From IMG/VR virus record IMGVR_UViG_3300045988_069682, positions 4,222 through 68,221 of that record: 64,000 bases of DNA. One strand, 5' to 3'. The notes under the pieces are model-generated. The model did not search any database and was not told the origin of the DNA. It saw nothing but the letters and a program-made list of their open reading frames with translations. This DNA comes from a virus. A program made the position numbers and the translations under genes. Of the stretch, positions 60,644 through 64,000 are shown piece after piece; the stretch's first letter is position 1, and every line of letters starts with the position of its first letter.

Positions 60644-61134
60644 TTACATACAAACTATTTAGGTTGAGACGAGGGAAGCTCTATCCGCTTTATGTCAACG
60701 CCAACAAGCCTACTCCTTTAGGTATTTGGCTTGATGCAGAAGCCGGAGAAAGAACTCCCGACGGCAAAGTTAAGAGTCGCTTGGGCAAATTGGCTTATCG
60801 ACCAGGGTGGCACTCTGGAGATATGCCTGTGGCTTTACATATTGGTGAAAAAAGAAAGCCTAGCGATGCTAAGCCAAGCTATCGCCCATCTGAACAGGTA
60901 TGGTGTGAATGCGAAGTTAGAACCGATAACGATTACACAAAGGAGGCTGGGAAATATGGTTTAAAAAGCATCCCTAAAGGCGGAGGCTATTGGTTTAAGA
61001 CCAATCCCAATATGATTGGACGTTGGTACATCAGCGGCGAAATTAAAGTAAACAAAATATTGACTGACGAAGAAGTAAACGCCATTAATAAACGTGATGG
61101 CGTTTTTGATTTACCAAGGAGGAAAAATTCATGA
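60640..61134 (+). CDS. early hypothetical protein (164 aa)
   Basis: ATGA-coupled to the ardA-like gene. YKLFRLRRGKLYPLYVNANK...LAYRPGWHSGD. Confidence 0.6.
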   Translation: MITYKLFRLRRGKLYPLYVNANKPTPLGIWLDAEAGERTPDGKVKSRLGKLAYRPGWHSGDMPVALHIGEKRKPSDAKPSYRPSEQVWCECEVRTDNDYTKEAGKYGLKSIPKGGGYWFKTNPNMIGRWYISGEIKVNKILTDEEVNAINKRDGVFDLPRRKNS

Positions 61135-61445
61135 ACGAAAGAGATGAACTTTACAACGCTATTCAAGAGTTAGTGTGTATGGGAACAGCGTTTGAAGGTT
61201 CTTTTGGTAGCGACGTAATAATTCGAGGCTTTATAGGTTACAGTGGCACATGTTACTTTGCTTTAAAAATAGAGGGCAAAACCACCCTTCCCTTTATGAT
61301 TTATAACGAGGACGAAAGCATCCTATACCTCGATACAGAGTGGGCTGACTACAGTATAGCCGAATATGCGGTCGGATTGCTCGTTAAACAGTTAGCCTAT
61401 GGTTGCAAAATAACCATAAAAGATTTGCCATTCACTAAATTGTAA
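61131..61445 (+). CDS. early hypothetical protein
   Basis: AAGGAGGA RBS with an overlap-coupled start. Confidence 0.6.
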   Translation: MNERDELYNAIQELVCMGTAFEGSFGSDVIIRGFIGYSGTCYFALKIEGKTTLPFMIYNEDESILYLDTEWADYSIAEYAVGLLVKQLAYGCKITIKDLPFTKL

Positions 61446-61513
61446 TTTCCTTAAAGATGTTGTAGAATGTCTATAAGGGAACTACATAAGAAACACAGAA
61501 AGTAGGTGCTATT

Positions 61514-61816
61514 ATGTTGTTACGCGATTATATTGAAAGCTGTATAAAATTCGCCGCTGACACAAAGGATTGGGCGCAAGTGGATTACTACAAGTATTAT
61601 ACCGCTACGCAGAACGGCAACTGGGAAGAATCTTGCGACAATGCTCACGGAGGACTAGGTGTAGATTGGGCGTTCTTGCTTTCTGAAAGCAATGTTATGC
61701 GGTTTGCCCCAGAATTTTTTGTTAGAGAATGCCGTGATAAACTCATTTCTCTTATCGACAATAATGTTGATTATGATACTCTGCGCAAAGCTATCGACGA
61801 AACAATGGAGGGATAA
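61514..61816 (+). CDS. early hypothetical protein
   Basis: 100-aa ORF. Confidence 0.55.
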   Translation: MLLRDYIESCIKFAADTKDWAQVDYYKYYTATQNGNWEESCDNAHGGLGVDWAFLLSESNVMRFAPEFFVRECRDKLISLIDNNVDYDTLRKAIDETMEG

Positions 61817-62190
61817 TGATGGACGATTTAGAATTTGCAGAAATGACGAAAATGCAACGAATCAGATACCGTAACGAGGCCAAGGCTTTAGTTAAAAGCG
61901 GCAAAGGTGAGCTGTATCATACAAGCTCAGACATAGCCGGAGTCAAAATTTATAACTCCGACATGAGTATAATTCTGAACGGAAACGGAAGCGACGGACA
62001 GCAATCAGTAGTTATAGTTTCTGATGAACATGAATTTTTTAACATGCCGTTAACCATTCTGCTCTCACTTCAAAACGATGCCTATTTGTCGGCAGACGAT
62101 TGCAGCGAAGAACCTATTGCTACACTTAAAGCTGGCGGCTATTACGTTTTCGACGGCGGCGGCTGGGTTGTTATTCAGAAAAACTATTAA
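61816..62190 (+). CDS. early hypothetical protein
   Basis: Its ATG overlaps the upstream TAA. 124 aa. Confidence 0.55.
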   Translation: MMDDLEFAEMTKMQRIRYRNEAKALVKSGKGELYHTSSDIAGVKIYNSDMSIILNGNGSDGQQSVVIVSDEHEFFNMPLTILLSLQNDAYLSADDCSEEPIATLKAGGYYVFDGGGWVVIQKNY

Positions 62191-62202
62191 GGAGGCGAAG
62201 TC

Positions 62203-62400
62203 TTGGACTTAGTTAGAATTTCCAAAATTGACTCAAAAACAGGAGAAGAAACATTACTTGTCGAAGAAAACGGAACAAGGGCTACTGCTATTGCAGAAAA
62301 ACTTATTGAACGTAGCAAAAATGTTCAGTTAGAAAAAAACTTTAACGACTTCATGTCTGAACTCCGAAAGCTCAAAAACTCAGAGGGCGAAGATATTTAA
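62203..62400 (+). CDS. early hypothetical protein (TTG start)
   Basis: AAGGAGGCG RBS. 65 aa. Last gene before the terminator. Confidence 0.5.
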   Translation: MDLVRISKIDSKTGEETLLVEENGTRATAIAEKLIERSKNVQLEKNFNDFMSELRKLKNSEGEDI

Positions 62401-62417
62401 CTACCCCTACTAAACCA

Positions 62418-62456
62418 AATATCCCCTACGGAAAATCCGTAGGGGATATTTTTTTG
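62418..62456 (+). terminator. intrinsic terminator at the convergence point
   Basis: AATATCCCCTACGG-aaaat-CCGTAGGGGATATT followed by TTTTT. Confidence 0.8.
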
Positions 62457-62492
62457 CCTATTTTTACTTTCAGTATTCGCGCGTCGCGCGCT

Positions 62493-63008
62493 TTATCCGA
62501 ATACCTTAATTAAACCAAGCTGTATAGCGCACTTTAAGGCATAGTCTATGCCTACATCACGAAGCCTATAGTATTTATTGTAATCAATCTCAAGGTCTAT
62601 ACAGGTCGTAGCCATAGGCTCGTTTTCTAAGAAGCGCCTTCTTAAAAGCTCTTTTACCAGCTCGTCGTCGTTAAAATGTATAAAGCTTTGTTCAACAACT
62701 GTCAGCCACTTCTCTGGATGAACTATCACCTCTTCGTCTAAACGCTCTGCGTTAATAATAACCTTTTTAAGCGGTTCGTAATGCTTAATAGCTAAAATTG
62801 CAGTCGGGTCTGATACAAAAGCGTGGTTGCTGCTGCCTCCACCGCTCTTAGTGCCGCCTTGATAATAACCTTGCTCCGCTCTAACTATCGCTACCGCTTC
62901 TTTAATTTTTTTATAATAATAAAACATCTTTTCTACAAAGGCAAATCCTTGTTGCGGCTTGCGGCTCTGCCGCCAATTACGCCTTTTGCTATGCGTTTCT
63001 AAGGTCAT
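62493..63008 (-). CDS. RinA/ArpU-like late transcriptional activator (sigma-related)
   Basis: ...SNHAFVSDPTAILAIK...W.TVVEQSF... and a C-terminal HTH-like RLRDVGIDYALKCAIQLGL. The pattern is typical of phage late activators. Confidence 0.4.
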   Translation of the reverse strand: MTLETHSKRRNWRQSRKPQQGFAFVEKMFYYYKKIKEAVAIVRAEQGYYQGGTKSGGGSSNHAFVSDPTAILAIKHYEPLKKVIINAERLDEEVIVHPEKWLTVVEQSFIHFNDDELVKELLRRRFLENEPMATTCIDLEIDYNKYYRLRDVGIDYALKCAIQLGLIKVFG

Positions 63009-63486
63009 TGTTTAATTCTCTCCAATTCTTTGGATTCCCGATTAAAACCTCGACACTTTGCCTGGTCTTATTATATTTTTTCGCTACTAAAAGCCCGACG
63101 ACCTGTGCTTTTCTGTCCCATGTGATTCCGAGCAAGGCTTCCATGACATATGTAGCTATGTTGTCCACTCTAGGTTCTCTGACAGGCAAGATTTTGCCTT
63201 TATACATATCACTCTCTACACTTTTGAGCACACGTCCTTCTGGCCCAACGTAAATCGTTATTACAACATAAAAAGCAGACTTTGGAGTATACTCCCACCC
63301 GCCACGCGCTGCTATAGCTGCCTTAGCACACATTCTGATAAGCGACTTATAGCCATTAGCCGTTGTTGCACCGCCTTCGTCCAAGCCTGATGCAATACGC
63401 CTAGAATTTCTTGTGCCTTTGCAAACTGGTCTGCCCGGTATTACGAACTCCAATGTCTGCTCACTACAGATTCGCTTTAAGCCCAT
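62989..63486 (-). CDS. rusA: RusA-like Holliday junction resolvase
   Basis: EFVIPGRPV.KG... and PRVDNIATYVMEALLGITWDRKAQVV resemble the RusA D-x-DN...D-a-l...DD motif. Confidence 0.5.
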   Translation of the reverse strand: MGLKRICSEQTLEFVIPGRPVCKGTRNSRRIASGLDEGGATTANGYKSLIRMCAKAAIAARGGWEYTPKSAFYVVITIYVGPEGRVLKSVESDMYKGKILPVREPRVDNIATYVMEALLGITWDRKAQVVGLLVAKKYNKTRQSVEVLIGNPKNWRELNNDLRNA

Positions 63487-63501
63487 GCCAAATCACCTCG
63501 C

Positions 63502-63894
63502 TTAGAAGTTGAAGTTGTCGTCCAGTTCCTGCTGTGCTCCCATGTTTGCGAAGCCACCGCCGTTATTAGTGGGAGCGCTGTTCTTGCTGTCAATGAAGTC
63601 AAAACCATTGACCATGATAGCAGCGCTTTGCTTCTTGTTGCCGTCCTTGCCTGTGTAGCTACTGATTTGCAGACTGCCATTGACAAGGATGCGGCTACCC
63701 TTATGGAAGTAGTTGCCAATAGCCTCGCCAGTCTTGCCGAAGGCAGTGCAGTTAATAAAGTCAGCTTCTTTCGGCTGGTCTTTGCGGAACGGTCTGTCAA
63801 TAGCAACAGTAAACTTGCAGTATACCTTGCCGTTCTGAGTGTAACTTACCTCCGGTTCTCTAGTTAAACGACCTAAGCCAACAAAATGATTCAT
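63502..63894 (-). CDS. ssb: single-stranded DNA-binding protein
   Basis: MNHFVGLGRLTREPEVSYTQNGKVYCKFTVAIDRPF...FINCTAFGKTGE is an OB fold. Gly-rich linker and acidic tail DDNFNF. Confidence 0.9.
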   Translation of the reverse strand: MNHFVGLGRLTREPEVSYTQNGKVYCKFTVAIDRPFRKDQPKEADFINCTAFGKTGEAIGNYFHKGSRILVNGSLQISSYTGKDGNKKQSAAIMVNGFDFIDSKNSAPTNNGGGFANMGAQQELDDNFNF

Positions 63895-64000
63895 GTTTGT
63901 ATTCCCCTTTCGTTATGTCGAACGCATATATCCCCCGATAAATATGCGAATGTGTTGAGGCAAGCGACTTGTGCCCGCCCCAACAGTTATGAAAAAAAAT

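Noticed and set aside
1-64000. Treating the window as a closed circle (left-edge ORF continuing at the right edge)
   Set aside because: The minus-strand sequence at the right edge is non-coding-looking and does not continue the frame of the truncated ORF at 1-184. The genome is probably larger than the window.

Overview
The whole 64-kb window reads as one temperate Firmicutes-type bacteriophage genome. Evidence for the host type is the AGGAGG-type RBSs, the LysM and amidase genes, and the collagen-like fibres. The phage is in its non-integrated (attP) form, and I see no clear host genes.

Layout:
- 1-9755 (-): early lytic operon. It holds a Cro-like HTH, an Xis-like HTH, a LysM protein, a RecT/YqaJ recombination pair, two tandem replisome-organiser genes, a helicase-loader-like gene, a chain of ATGA-coupled micro-genes (zinc ribbons, Lar-like) and a small DPPH methyltransferase.
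- 9756-9902: divergent near-consensus promoters interleaved with three GTGCG-N5-xxCAC operators.
- 9903-12266 (+): CI-like repressor, two small moron ORFs and a tyrosine integrase.
- 12354-12398: attP core, which equals the 3' half of a tRNA-Thr(CGU).
- 12592-15356 (-): a terminator-insulated cargo module of uncharacterised proteins (Q/M-rich, Cys-rich membrane, C1q/BclA-like) plus a small sigma-r4-like HTH protein.
- 15358-17056 (-): lysis cassette, with an amidase and several small membrane proteins.
- 17145-50603 (-): virion and packaging module. In transcription order it runs TerS, TerL, portal, scaffold, capsid, a phage tRNA-Thr(UGU), adaptor paralogs, several fibre proteins including a collagen-like one, a Hint-domain protein, a Gly/Arg-rich protein and an uninterrupted 11.5-kb ORF of about 3,836 aa. 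I recognise no tail tube, sheath or tape measure, so the architecture looks podovirus-like.
- 50604-51543: highly structured non-coding region (G4 motif, roughly 100-nt hairpin, tandem 12-mers at an early promoter).
- 51544-62400 (+): about 28 small early genes, including ArdA-like, RadC/JAB-like and several very acidic proteins.
- 62493-63894 (-): RinA/ArpU-like activator, RusA-like resolvase and SSB.

The most interesting candidates are the giant polyvalent-type virion protein with its Hint and RGG neighbours, the att-proximal cargo module, a covarying RNA element repeated before two early genes, and the early anti-defence island.

All functional calls come from motif reading by eye. No database search was possible.
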